From contig CAWBVQ010000016.1 in NCBI GenBank assembly GCA_963792275.1, positions 28,947 to 92,946 of the forward strand: DNA of 64,000 nt, in the 5' to 3' direction. The notes below the pieces were generated by a model. That model saw only the letters and a list, made by a program, of their open reading frames with translations, made no database searches and was not told where the DNA came from. This stretch comes from an uncultured delta proteobacterium (GTDB lineage: Bacteria > Myxococcota > Myxococcia > Myxococcales > 40CM-4-68-19). Of the stretch, positions 29,936 through 39,010 are shown one piece after another. The position numbers were made by a program, and so were the translations under genes. Numbering within the stretch: position 1 is the stretch's first letter; every line of letters begins with the position of its first letter.

Positions 29936-31501
29936 TCACCCGCTGCGGCCGTACTGTCCCGCAAGATGTGCAAGCTCCCGCGCGGTTGCCAGCGGTTGGG
30001 GAGAAGAAAAGAGCTCGTCGAGCGTCCAGGGCAGCCGGAAGGTCCAGTTGTGCTTCCCCACCGTGCCGGGGGTGTTCATCCGGTCCTTCCATCCCAGCGC
30101 GTCGGTGACGGGCGTGAGCAAGGCGTCGCTGCCGGCGGCATAGGCGAGCTGCAAGAGGGCCGTCCGGGTGCGCGGCGTGAACTCCTTCTGCGAAGGTCCG
30201 CGCAAGAACGAGAGCTGGGGCTGCGCGAGCTGGAGCTCGCGCTCGCGGTCGTCGAGGGCTTCCCACCAGGTGGCCAGCGATTCGGTGTCGTGCGTGCCGG
30301 TGACCGCCACGGAGACGCGGGAGAAGCGGGTGACGTCGCGGGGGACGCCGAGATCGTTTTCCCAGCGCAGCACCTTGGTGCCGGGGATCTCCTGCGCCGC
30401 GAGGGAGGCGCGGACGAAGTCGGGAACGGTGCCGAGGTCCTCGGCCAGCACTTCCGCCTTCTCGCCGAGGAGCGCGAGGATCCGCTCGCCCTGCTCCTTC
30501 TGCCGCGGCACGTCGGCGGGGACGAAGAAGGGCGTCGCCCGATCCACGGGCCGCGCGTAGGTGCGGTAGAGACCGACCACGTGATCCACCCGGAAGGCGT
30601 CGTAGAGCTCCGCCGCCCGCTCCGCGCGCTGGTGCAGCCAGGGATCGCCCGCGTCGCGCATCTCGTCCCAGCGCGGTACAGGCAACCCCCAGTCCTGGCC
30701 GTCGTCGCTGTAGGCATCCGGCGGAACGCCCACCGTGGCATCGAAGCGGAAGAAGCGCTGGTAGCTCCAGACGTCGGAAGAGTCCTCCGCCACCATGAAG
30801 GGGAGGTCGCCGATCACCTTCACGCCCTTGCCGTTGGCGGCGGCCCGCCCCGCCCTCCACTGGACGTCGGCGATCCACTGCACGTAGCAGAGCTCGTCGA
30901 GCTGCGGCCGCAGCCGCGCGCGCGCCTGGTCGAGCGCGGCGGGGTCCCCCGAGCGCAATTCCGGCTCCCAGTCGCGCCAGCTCTTCTGCCGCTCCGCGTG
31001 CAGCGCCCGGTAGAGCGCCCAGTCCTCGATCCAGCTTGCATGCAGCGCCCGGAACTCGCGGTACTCGCGCTCGCGCGCCGTTCCGCCCTGGCGGAGGAAC
31101 GACTGGAAGGCCCGCGCCAGGGCGACTCGCTTCACCCGGCGGTACCCTTCGAAGTCCACCAGCGGTTCGGCGCGCAGCCGGGCGAGCTCGGCCTCCTCTT
31201 CGCCGGTCAGCGACTCGAGGTCGGGCACCGCGCGCAGGTCCACGTAGACCGGCTCCAGCGCGCAGGAGCTGGAGGCCGCGTAGGGGCTGTCCTGTCCGGG
31301 CGAGACCTCGTTGAGCGGAAGCAGTTGCCAGAGCGAGCACCCCGCCGACAACAGCCATTCCGAGAGGCGGCCCGCGTCGGTGTAGCTGCCCAGATCGCCT
31401 GCGGGACCGCGGATCGACGACAGCGGCAGGAGCAATCCCGCCCTGCGCCCGAGACTGAACCTGTGCGCCACGGGGGGACATTTACGCCGCGCGCGCACCA
31501 T
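29936..31501 (-). CDS. malQ: 4-alpha-glucanotransferase (amylomaltase)
   Basis: ORF 29936..31501. Motifs WQLLPLNE, VIGDLPFMV, QDWGLPV, FRVDHVVGLYR and GTHDT. Confidence 0.9.
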   Translation of the reverse strand: MVRARRKCPPVAHRFSLGRRAGLLLPLSSIRGPAGDLGSYTDAGRLSEWLLSAGCSLWQLLPLNEVSPGQDSPYAASSSCALEPVYVDLRAVPDLESLTGEEEAELARLRAEPLVDFEGYRRVKRVALARAFQSFLRQGGTAREREYREFRALHASWIEDWALYRALHAERQKSWRDWEPELRSGDPAALDQARARLRPQLDELCYVQWIADVQWRAGRAAANGKGVKVIGDLPFMVAEDSSDVWSYQRFFRFDATVGVPPDAYSDDGQDWGLPVPRWDEMRDAGDPWLHQRAERAAELYDAFRVDHVVGLYRTYARPVDRATPFFVPADVPRQKEQGERILALLGEKAEVLAEDLGTVPDFVRASLAAQEIPGTKVLRWENDLGVPRDVTRFSRVSVAVTGTHDTESLATWWEALDDRERELQLAQPQLSFLRGPSQKEFTPRTRTALLQLAYAAGSDALLTPVTDALGWKDRMNTPGTVGKHNWTFRLPWTLDELFSSPQPLATARELAHLAGQYGRSG

Positions 31502-31548
31502 GGCAAGCGATGATTGCAGCGGCGTCGTGCCTGAGATAGAGCGGGCGC

Positions 31549-31866
31549 ATGCCGAAGCAAGCGACCACCGATCACGGCGAGATCATCCATTTCGCCGGGA
31601 GGCACCACCTCTTTCCGGTGGCGGCGAAGGGCGATCCGTCGAGGGTGCGGCTCGCCTCCCGCGAGGACGCGAAGGAGGACGAGATGCGGGTGGGATGGCC
31701 GATCTACTTCCGGCCGTTCATCGACCGCCGCCTCGTCTTCCTTTACGACGACTCGGGCGGGCAGGCGGTGAGCCGCGCGGAGGCCGACGCTGCTCTTGCC
31801 CAGCCGCCCGCTGGGCCGGCCGGCGAGGCTTCGACGGCGCAGCAGCAGCCAGATCCTCCGGCGTGA
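31549..31866 (+). CDS. hypothetical small protein
   Basis: ORF 31549..31866. The first ~75 aa have ordinary composition, and the tail overlaps the rnr 3-prime end. No family recognised. Confidence 0.4.
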   Translation: MPKQATTDHGEIIHFAGRHHLFPVAAKGDPSRVRLASREDAKEDEMRVGWPIYFRPFIDRRLVFLYDDSGGQAVSRAEADAALAQPPAGPAGEASTAQQQPDPPA

Positions 31867-34132
31867 GCCAGCGGTCCGCCTGCATGACGCCCTTTTGCGC
31901 CAGCGAAAGCGTGATGCGCCTGCGCGCGGGGTCGGCCGAGATCACCTCCACCAGCACCTCGTCGCCGATGGAATAGCTGCGGCCGGAAGCGCCCACCACC
32001 AGCCGCTGCAGTTCCTTGTCGAGGGTGACGCCCATGCCCAGGGACTCCGCGGGGATCAACCCTTCCACGAACACCTCTTCCAGCTCGCAGAAGAGGCCGA
32101 AGTCCACCACCCCCGAGACCACCGCCTTGAACTTCTGGCCCACCTTGTCCTGCATGAAGAGCGCCGAATAGAAGTTGTCGACGTCGCGCTCGGCCTTCAT
32201 GGCGGCGCGCTCGCGGTCCGAACATTGCGCGGAGACGCCGGCGAGGAACGCCTCCTGCTCCTCCTGCTCGTGCTCGCGCAGCGGCCGGCCGCCGCGCGCC
32301 CAGTGCTCCTTGAGCAGGCGGTGCACCATCAGATCCGGATAGCGGCGGATGGGCGAGGTGAAGTGCAGGTAGGTTGGCGCGGCGAGGCCGTAGTGACCGA
32401 TGTTGTCGGGGCTGTATTGCGCCTGCATCATCGCGCGCAAGAGCAGCGAGTTGAGCGCCTTCTGCGCGGGCTTGCCCTCTACCGCCTTGAGGAATTCGTT
32501 GAGCACGCCCGGCGTCAGCTCGTCGCCTCCGGGCAGCTCGAAGCCGTGGGTCCGCGCCAGCGCGGCAAAGGCGTCCAGCTTGTCCTGATCGGGCTGATCG
32601 TGGATGCGGTACACGGTGGGAAGGCCGCGGACCTCGAAGAAGCGCGCCACCCCCTCGTTGGCGGCGAGCATGAACTCCTCCACCAGGCGGTGCGCGTCGT
32701 TGCGCGGGCGGCGGACGATCTCCGCCACATGCCCCTCCTCGTCGAGGAGGATCTTCGCTTCCGGCAGGTCGAAGTCGATGCTGCCGCGCTGGCTGCGCTG
32801 CTGCGTCAGCTTCTTCGCCAGCTCGTGCGCCACGCGCAGGTCGTCGAGCAGCGGGGCGATGTCGGCGTCGGCCGCGCCGCCCAGCGCCCCGGCGACGCGG
32901 GTATAGGTGAGCCGCGCATGGCTGCGCATCACCGCCTCGTAGATGTCGGCCTGCAGCGGCTTGCCCGCCTTGTCCAGCGCCAGGTCGCACACCATGCACA
33001 GGCGATCGACGTCGGGATTCAGCGAGCAGATGCCGTTGGAGAGCCTCTCCGGCAGCATGGGCAGCACCGTGCCGGGGAAGTAGACGCTGGTCGCGCGCCG
33101 CAGCGCCTCGCGATCCAGCGGCCCGCCCGGGCGGACGTAGTGCGCCACGTCGGCGATGGCCACCACCAGCCGGTAGCCGCCGGGCGTGCGCGAGACGTGC
33201 ACCGCGTCGTCGAAGTCGCGGGCGTCCTCGCCGTCGATGGTGACGAGCGGCAGGTGGCGCAGGTCGCGCCGGGCGGCCACGTCCTCGGGATGGACGCGAT
33301 CCGGCACGCTCTCCGCGGCGATGCGGGTGGCGGGATCGAACTCGTCGGCGAAGCCTTCCGCGTAGGCGCTGGCCAGGATCTCGAAGCGCGGGTCGCCCCG
33401 GTTGCCCAGGACGGAGATGACCTCGCCCGAAAGGGGCCCTGGCCGTTCGCGGTGCAGGCGCAGCTTGACCATGTCGCCGTCGTGGGCCTTGGGATGGCGC
33501 GGCACGTCGATGTTCTGGGAGAGGTTGCGATCGTGGGGGATTACCCAGTGCGAGGCGCCCTTCGACTGGTAGATGCCCAGCGCGAGCTGCCTGCGGCGCT
33601 CGACCACCTCCAGGACCTCGCCGGCGAGCCGGCCGTCGCGCCCGCGGATGGCGCGCGCCAGCACCACGTCTCCGTCGAGCGCGCCCTGGATGTATTGGGG
33701 CGGCACGAAGAGATCGTTCTCGCGCCCGCCTTCGCCGAGCAGCGGCGTGACGAACCCATATCCTTCCGACTTGACGTGGATGACGCCGGTGACCTGCGCG
33801 CCGGGCTTGTTCGCCGCGCTGGCGGGCTCCTTCTCCCGGCGCATGCGGGCGCCCTCCAGCAGCACGGCGGGAGCGCGGCGTGGCTGGGCTCGCGCCGCTT
33901 CCCGCGGCTCCTTGCCGCGATCGGCGCGGGAGGGCTCGGAGCGCGCGGGCATCCGGTAGATGCGGCCGTCGAAGTGGATGCGGCCTTCCCCGACCAGCTC
34001 GGAGATGACGCGTCGCAACGGGTTTCGCCCGGCCTGGCCAGCGTGAAGCTGGCCGGCGAGCTGCTTCAAGGAAAGCCCCTTTCCGCGCGCCTTCTGCAGC
34101 GCCGAGAGGAGCTCCTCACGATCGATGTTCAT
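31718..34132 (-). CDS. rnr: ribonuclease R
   Basis: ORF 31718..34291, ATG at 34132 (MNIDREELL). Motifs IDGEDARDFDDAVHV and HYGLAAPTYLHFTSPIRRYPDLMVHR, an S1-like domain, and a basic tail. Confidence 0.9.
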   Translation of the reverse strand: MNIDREELLSALQKARGKGLSLKQLAGQLHAGQAGRNPLRRVISELVGEGRIHFDGRIYRMPARSEPSRADRGKEPREAARAQPRRAPAVLLEGARMRREKEPASAANKPGAQVTGVIHVKSEGYGFVTPLLGEGGRENDLFVPPQYIQGALDGDVVLARAIRGRDGRLAGEVLEVVERRRQLALGIYQSKGASHWVIPHDRNLSQNIDVPRHPKAHDGDMVKLRLHRERPGPLSGEVISVLGNRGDPRFEILASAYAEGFADEFDPATRIAAESVPDRVHPEDVAARRDLRHLPLVTIDGEDARDFDDAVHVSRTPGGYRLVVAIADVAHYVRPGGPLDREALRRATSVYFPGTVLPMLPERLSNGICSLNPDVDRLCMVCDLALDKAGKPLQADIYEAVMRSHARLTYTRVAGALGGAADADIAPLLDDLRVAHELAKKLTQQRSQRGSIDFDLPEAKILLDEEGHVAEIVRRPRNDAHRLVEEFMLAANEGVARFFEVRGLPTVYRIHDQPDQDKLDAFAALARTHGFELPGGDELTPGVLNEFLKAVEGKPAQKALNSLLLRAMMQAQYSPDNIGHYGLAAPTYLHFTSPIRRYPDLMVHRLLKEHWARGGRPLREHEQEEQEAFLAGVSAQCSDRERAAMKAERDVDNFYSALFMQDKVGQKFKAVVSGVVDFGLFCELEEVFVEGLIPAESLGMGVTLDKELQRLVVGASGRSYSIGDEVLVEVISADPARRRITLSLAQKGVMQADRWLTPEDLAAAAPSKPRRPAQRAAGQEQRRPPRGSPPARPSRRKGRRGGGR

Positions 34133-34142
34133 GAACGGTCTT

Positions 34143-34460
34143 CTAGACTTTCTTGGGTCCGGCGTCGGTGGCAGCCAGTTGCGGCGCCGCCGCGGTGTCG
34201 GACTTCGAGCAGGTAAATCCCGGCACGTGCTTGCCGAGGAACGCCGAGAGCGAATTGACCAGCTCCTCCGGCATCTCCTTCTCCAGCGCATGCCGGCAAA
34301 GCCTGCGCGTCGCCTTGTAGGTGCGCACGAAGGTGATGCAGGGAGGACAGAGGCTGAGGTGTTCTTCGAGGGCCTTGGCCCAATCCGCCGGAAGCGACCC
34401 GTCGACGTAGTCCCCGAGGAGGTCGACGCAATCCTTGCAGTGGTGGAGCGGGCTGGTCAA
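34143..34460 (-). CDS. zinc-binding (ZAS, zf-HC2) anti-sigma factor
   Basis: ORF 34143..34460. HHCKDC...HLSLCPPC fits the H-x3-C-x2-C motif. It lies immediately downstream of an ECF sigma gene. Confidence 0.7.
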   Translation of the reverse strand: MTSPLHHCKDCVDLLGDYVDGSLPADWAKALEEHLSLCPPCITFVRTYKATRRLCRHALEKEMPEELVNSLSAFLGKHVPGFTCSKSDTAAAPQLAATDAGPKKV

Positions 34461-34565
34461 AACGGCGATCCGTTGTGGGAATGTGGGGAAGAGGGGCCGC
34501 CCGATATCCTAGCCGACCTGCAGAAAAAGATGCACGCCCGGGAGGGAGGATTCGCAAATTCCCGG

Positions 34566-35225
34566 TCACTTCGCGGAGCCGTCGAAGAAGTCACCGAGCT
34601 TTTCCCGCAGCGCGAGACGGGCGCGGTGCAGGCGGCTCTTCACCGCGGGCACCGTCAGCTCCAGGGAGTGGGCGATGTCCTCGTTGGAGAGGCCGTCCAC
34701 GTCCTTGAGCAGGAAGACCGTCCGGTAGTCGTCGGGAAGCTGGTCCACCGCCCTGTTGATGGCGGAGCCCAACTCACCGGACATCATCTTCTCGTCGGCG
34801 CGTTGCGACCAGTCGCTGTTGGAGGTGGGCTCGAGGTACCCCTCGGCGGAGAAGCGGGGGCCCGCCAGCTCGAGCGGCTGTTCGGCGAGGGCGTCAGGGG
34901 CGCGCCGCTTCCGGCGCAAGCGCATCAGGGCGCTGTTTGCCGCGATGCGGTATAGCCAGCTGGAAAACTGGGCCTCGCCGCGGAAGAGCGGCAGTTTCTG
35001 GTAGGCGTTGAGAAACGCCTCCTGCAGCACCTCTTGCGCGTCGGCCTCCGAGCCGGTCATGCGCAGCGCCAGGCGGTAGAGCTGGCGGCGATGGCGCTCC
35101 ACCAGCAGCGCGAACGCCGCCCCGTCGCCGTGCTGCGCGCGCTGCACCAGCTCGGAATCGCCGGGCTGTCCGTCCGCCCGCGGCTCCTCTGGGGCAGGCG
35201 AGTGATTCTGGTGGGTGTCGGCCAA
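34566..35225 (-). CDS. ECF-type RNA polymerase sigma factor (start uncertain: TTG 35225 or GTG 35252)
   Basis: C-terminal part of ORF 34566..36272: LVERHRRQLYRLALRMTGSEADAQEVLQEAFLNAY, FSSWLYRIAANSAL, DDYRTVFLLKDVDGLSNEDIAHSLELTVPAVKSRLHRAR. Confidence 0.8.
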   Translation of the reverse strand: MADTHQNHSPAPEEPRADGQPGDSELVQRAQHGDGAAFALLVERHRRQLYRLALRMTGSEADAQEVLQEAFLNAYQKLPLFRGEAQFSSWLYRIAANSALMRLRRKRRAPDALAEQPLELAGPRFSAEGYLEPTSNSDWSQRADEKMMSGELGSAINRAVDQLPDDYRTVFLLKDVDGLSNEDIAHSLELTVPAVKSRLHRARLALREKLGDFFDGSAK

Positions 35226-35287
35226 GGGGCGGGGACCGTAAAGCAGCCGCACTCGATGGTCAAGCCCGCGCGAAGCGGGCCGGAATC

Positions 35288-36661
35288 TCACGGCCCGGGG
35301 GCGGGTTCCGGCGGCGGAAAGATCTTTCCGGGGTTGAGCAGGTCGTCGGGGTCGAACGCCCGCTTGACCCTGCGCTGCAACGCGATCACCTCCGGCTTCT
35401 GCTCCCTGCCGAGGAAGGCCCGCTTGGCGAGGCCCACGCCGTGCTCGCCGGTGATGGTGCCGCCCAGATCGATGGCCGCCTGCAACACGTCGCCGACCGC
35501 GGCATGGCCCTTCTCGCGCTCCTCGGCGGACCCGAAGAGGAGGTTCACGTGCAGGTTGCCGTCGCCGGCGTGCCCGTAGCAGGCGGTGGGCAACCCGTAG
35601 CGCGCGCCGATCTCGCGCACGCGGCCGATCATCCGCACCAGCTCCCCGCGCGGCACCGCCACGTCCTCGCTGATCTTGTGCGGGCGGATGGCGGTGAGCG
35701 CCACCGAGATCATGCGCCGCGTCTCCCAGATCTTCCGCCTTTGCGCCTCGTCCTGCGCCGCCACCACCTCGCGGGCGCCGGCCTCGGTGCACATCTCGCC
35801 GCTGCGCGCGAGCTCGTCGAAGACGCCGTCCCCGTGGCCGTCGTGCTCGACGATGAGCGCGCCGCCCACGCCGTCGGGAAACTTGAACGGCGCCCGGGGG
35901 CTGACCGCCCGCATCGTCGGACCGTCGAGCAGCTCGCAAGCGCGCGGCAAGAGTCCGGCAGCGAAGATCTTCTGCACCGCCAGCGCCGCCTTGTCCTCGT
36001 CGGGGAAGAAGGCGAGGAGCGTGGCCACGGCGCGCGGGAGCGGGATGAGCTTGAGGGTCGCCTGGACGATGATCGCGAGGGTGCCTTCGCTGCCCACCAG
36101 AAGCTGCGTGAGATCGTAGCCGGCCACCCCCTTCCAGCTCCGGTGCCCGGTGCGGATCAGCTCGCCGGTGGGCAGGACGGCCTGGAGGCCGAGGACGTAG
36201 TCGCGGGTGACGCCGTACTTGAGCGCGCGCGGTCCGCCGGCGTTGTGGGCGAGGTTGCCGCCGATGGAACACATGGCCTGCGAGTTGGGATCGGGCGGGT
36301 AGAAGAGCCCTTCCGACTCCACCGCCTGCTGCAGCTTTTCCAGGATGACGCCCGGCTCCACCACGCAGACCATGTCTGCCAGAGACACCTCCACGATGCG
36401 GTCCAGCTTCTCCAGCGAGAGCACGATGCCGCCCCGGTCGGCCAGGGCGCCGCCGCTCTTGCCCGACCCCGCCCCGCGCGGCACGACCGGAATGCGCTCG
36501 CGGCGCGAATACGCCAGGACCTTTTGCACGTCGGCGGCGTCGCGCGCCTGCACCGCGGCGTAGGGGGGAAACTCGCCGGACCCACTCTCGTCGTGCGAGT
36601 ACGGCTCGATGCCCACCACGGAAAGGCCCAGGCCGCGAAGGTCGCTCTCGAGGGCGCTCAT
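35288..36661 (-). CDS. FAD-binding oxidase, GlcD (glycolate/D-lactate oxidase)-like
   Basis: C-terminal 457 aa of ORF 35288..37618 from MSALESDL. Motifs PRGAGSGKSGGA, GYDLTQLLVGSEGTL and GTITGEHGVGLAKR. ATGA overlap with the SDR stop. Confidence 0.85.
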   Translation of the reverse strand: MSALESDLRGLGLSVVGIEPYSHDESGSGEFPPYAAVQARDAADVQKVLAYSRRERIPVVPRGAGSGKSGGALADRGGIVLSLEKLDRIVEVSLADMVCVVEPGVILEKLQQAVESEGLFYPPDPNSQAMCSIGGNLAHNAGGPRALKYGVTRDYVLGLQAVLPTGELIRTGHRSWKGVAGYDLTQLLVGSEGTLAIIVQATLKLIPLPRAVATLLAFFPDEDKAALAVQKIFAAGLLPRACELLDGPTMRAVSPRAPFKFPDGVGGALIVEHDGHGDGVFDELARSGEMCTEAGAREVVAAQDEAQRRKIWETRRMISVALTAIRPHKISEDVAVPRGELVRMIGRVREIGARYGLPTACYGHAGDGNLHVNLLFGSAEEREKGHAAVGDVLQAAIDLGGTITGEHGVGLAKRAFLGREQKPEVIALQRRVKRAFDPDDLLNPGKIFPPPEPAPGP

Positions 36662-37284
36662 CCGAACACCTCGACGGCGCTGCCGGTCATGGCGAAGGGC
36701 GCCTCCGCGCAGAGGAAGCGCACCACCTTGGCCACCTCCGCCGGCTGCATCCGCGCCGGGAACGGCGTCTGCCGGATCATGTCGGTCTCCACCCCGGAAG
36801 GCAGGACGGCGGCGCAGAAGATCCCCCGCTCGCGCCCCTCTTCGGCCAGCGACTTGACCAGGCCGGTGAGGCCCCACTTGCTCGCGTTGTAGGCCGCGGC
36901 GTGCGCGGTGCCCAGCGTGCCGCTGATCGAGCCGATGGCGACGATGCGGCGTGCGCCCTGGCGGAACGCCTCGCGCGCGCAGAGGAACGCGCCGCGCAGG
37001 TTGACGCCGAGCACGCGGTCGAACTGGGCCGCGGTGAACTCCTCGATGGGCCCGCGCTCCAGCACCCCGGCGTTGAGGACGACCCAGTCGGGCCTGGGGA
37101 ACTGCGCGAAGAGCGCGCGGACCTGCTCCTCCTGCGAGACGTCGCAGCGGCAGGCGAGGGCCGAGCCGGGGACCTCCGGCGCCGCCCGGACGCCGCACAC
37201 CGCCACCTCGACGCCGTCCGCGATCAGCGCCTGGGCGATGGCCTTGCCGATGCCGCGCGAGGCGCCGGTGACGACGGCGCGCAT
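36658..37284 (-). CDS. short-chain dehydrogenase/reductase (SDR)
   Basis: ORF 36658..37284. Motifs VTGASRGIGKA, NAG and YNASK. Confidence 0.8.
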   Translation of the reverse strand: MRAVVTGASRGIGKAIAQALIADGVEVAVCGVRAAPEVPGSALACRCDVSQEEQVRALFAQFPRPDWVVLNAGVLERGPIEEFTAAQFDRVLGVNLRGAFLCAREAFRQGARRIVAIGSISGTLGTAHAAAYNASKWGLTGLVKSLAEEGRERGIFCAAVLPSGVETDMIRQTPFPARMQPAEVAKVVRFLCAEAPFAMTGSAVEVFG

Positions 37285-37875
37285 TCAGCCTTCCGCGCGG
37301 CGCGCCAGCGACCGCCGCAGCCCGGCGTCCTTCTCGAACACCCCCGCCCACGCCTCCACGGTGACGCGGCTCTGCCTGCGCATGGGGCCGCGCACCTGCA
37401 TGCACCCGTGCTCGGCGGTGATCACCACCCCCGCGCCGAGCGGCGAGAGCGCCGTCATCACACCCTCGCAGAGGCGGTGGACGAGCTGCTCCTGGAGGAT
37501 GAGCCGGTGCGCCAGAGCGTCGGTGGCCTCGGCGATCTTGCCGAACCCCACCAGCCACTGATCGGCCACGTACCCTACCGCGGCGCTGCCCTTGTAGGGC
37601 AAGAGGTGGTGCGGGCACATGGCGTGGAAGTCGATCTGCGAGGCGATCACCAGCTCGCCCCTGCGCGGCGCCGGCACCAGCGAGCTGCGCAGCGTCTCCA
37701 CCGCGTCGCGGGCGTAGCCGTCGAGGAGATCCTCGGCGAAGGCCTTGGCCACCCGCGCAGGGGTCTGCATCGTCTCCGCATCCAGCTCGGCGCCGGAGGC
37801 GAGCAGCAGGTCCTCTACCGCCTTGGCCAGCGCCTTGCGGTCGGGGGCCTGGGCCTTGCGTTCCGGCAGCGCCAT
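37285..37875 (-). CDS. folE: GTP cyclohydrolase I (FolE type)
   Basis: ORF 37285..37875. Motifs FHAMCPHHLLPY, QEQL and ITAEHGCM. Confidence 0.9.
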   Translation of the reverse strand: MALPERKAQAPDRKALAKAVEDLLLASGAELDAETMQTPARVAKAFAEDLLDGYARDAVETLRSSLVPAPRRGELVIASQIDFHAMCPHHLLPYKGSAAVGYVADQWLVGFGKIAEATDALAHRLILQEQLVHRLCEGVMTALSPLGAGVVITAEHGCMQVRGPMRRQSRVTVEAWAGVFEKDAGLRRSLARRAEG

Positions 37876-37876
37876 C

Positions 37877-38239
37877 TCACCACTTCCCCTCGGGCCCGCG
37901 ATAGACGACGCAGCTCGAGGGGATCTCCCAGAGCCGCACTTCGCAGAAGCCGGGGAGCTTGCCCTGCAGCCGTTCCCACATCCAGGCGGCGATGTTCTCG
38001 GCCGTGGGGTTCTCGATGAAATCGTTCAGGTTCGTATGATCGACCTTGTCGAGGATGTGCTGCTTGACCGCCGTCTCCACGTCGCCGAAGTCCACGAAGA
38101 TGCCCGAGTAGGGGTCGGGCGCGCCGCGGAGCACGACCTGGAAGCGGTAGTTGTGGCCGTGCAGGTTGAAACACTTGCCCTGGTAGCGGGGCAGCCGGTG
38201 CGCGGCGGCGAAGGTGAACTCGGCTTCGATCTGATGCAT
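37877..38239 (-). CDS. queD: 6-pyruvoyl-tetrahydropterin / 6-carboxy-tetrahydropterin synthase family (PTPS/QueD)
   Basis: ORF 37877..38239. AAHRLP...CFNLHGHNY...DHTNLN. The QueD versus PTPS assignment cannot be made by eye. Confidence 0.8.
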   Translation of the reverse strand: MHQIEAEFTFAAAHRLPRYQGKCFNLHGHNYRFQVVLRGAPDPYSGIFVDFGDVETAVKQHILDKVDHTNLNDFIENPTAENIAAWMWERLQGKLPGFCEVRLWEIPSSCVVYRGPEGKW

Positions 38240-38361
38240 GGCGTTCGTCTCCTAGCACTTGGATGCGTAGAGCGGCAAAAAGGCCCCGGCCGCTGAGCGG
38301 TTTGAGCGATTAGGGGAACCTTCGCGACCTGGCCGCATCCAACCAGGACGAGGAGGCAACC

Positions 38362-39009
38362 TTGTCGACCGCACATCTACACGCAGTGCCTGCATCCGGG
38401 AGCCGGGTGGAGCTCTACTCGGAGGCGCCGCTGCCCACGCGTCATGGGCTCCTGCGCGCCATGGTCTTCCGGGAGAAAGGCACCGACAAGGAGCACGTGG
38501 TCGCCGTCAAGGGCGACATCCGCGGCCAGGAAGGCGTGCCCGTGCGCGTCCACAGCGAGTGCCTGACCAGCGAGATCCTCGGGTCGCTCAAGTGCGACTG
38601 CCGCGAGCAGCTCGAGCACGCGCTGGCGCTGGTGGGCAGGTCCGAGCGCGGCGCGGTCATCTACCTGCGCCAGGAAGGGCGCGGCATCGGCCTGGGAAAC
38701 AAGATCCGCGCCTACGCGCTGCAGGCGCGCGGCGCCGACACCTACGAGGCGAACCGCGCGCTCGGCTTCCAGGACGACCTGCGCCGCTACGACGTCGCCG
38801 CCGAGATGCTCAAGCAGCTGGGCGTGAAGTCCATCGATCTCATCACCAACAACCCGCTGAAGATCGCCGGCCTCGAGGCCGGAGGCGTCCAGGTGCGGCG
38901 GCGCATCGCCTCGATCGCGCAGACCAACCCGCACAACATCAGTTACCTGCGCACCAAGCGCGAGCGCACCGGCCATCTGATCGAGTTCGACCAGAAGACC
39001 ACCGCGTAG
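38362..39009 (+). CDS. ribA: GTP cyclohydrolase II
   Basis: ORF 38362..39009. Motifs RVHSECLTSEILGSLKCDCREQL, YLRQEGRGIGL and NPLKI. Confidence 0.85.
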   Translation: MSTAHLHAVPASGSRVELYSEAPLPTRHGLLRAMVFREKGTDKEHVVAVKGDIRGQEGVPVRVHSECLTSEILGSLKCDCREQLEHALALVGRSERGAVIYLRQEGRGIGLGNKIRAYALQARGADTYEANRALGFQDDLRRYDVAAEMLKQLGVKSIDLITNNPLKIAGLEAGGVQVRRRIASIAQTNPHNISYLRTKRERTGHLIEFDQKTTA

Positions 39010-39010
39010 G

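Noticed and set aside
26833-31481. ORF 26901..31481 (1526 aa) as one giant protein, and ORF 26833..29973 as an alternative.
   Set aside because: Only the last 996 aa (from ATG 29891) look like TreY. The N-terminal 530 aa are an out-of-frame reading of malQ, and 26833..29973 is an out-of-frame low-complexity reading.
38240-38361. FMN or preQ1-type riboswitch in the divergent ribA / queD-folE intergenic region.
   Set aside because: I could not recognise the conserved cores of either riboswitch class. Only a weak 6-bp stem is present. This would need a covariance-model scan to exclude formally.
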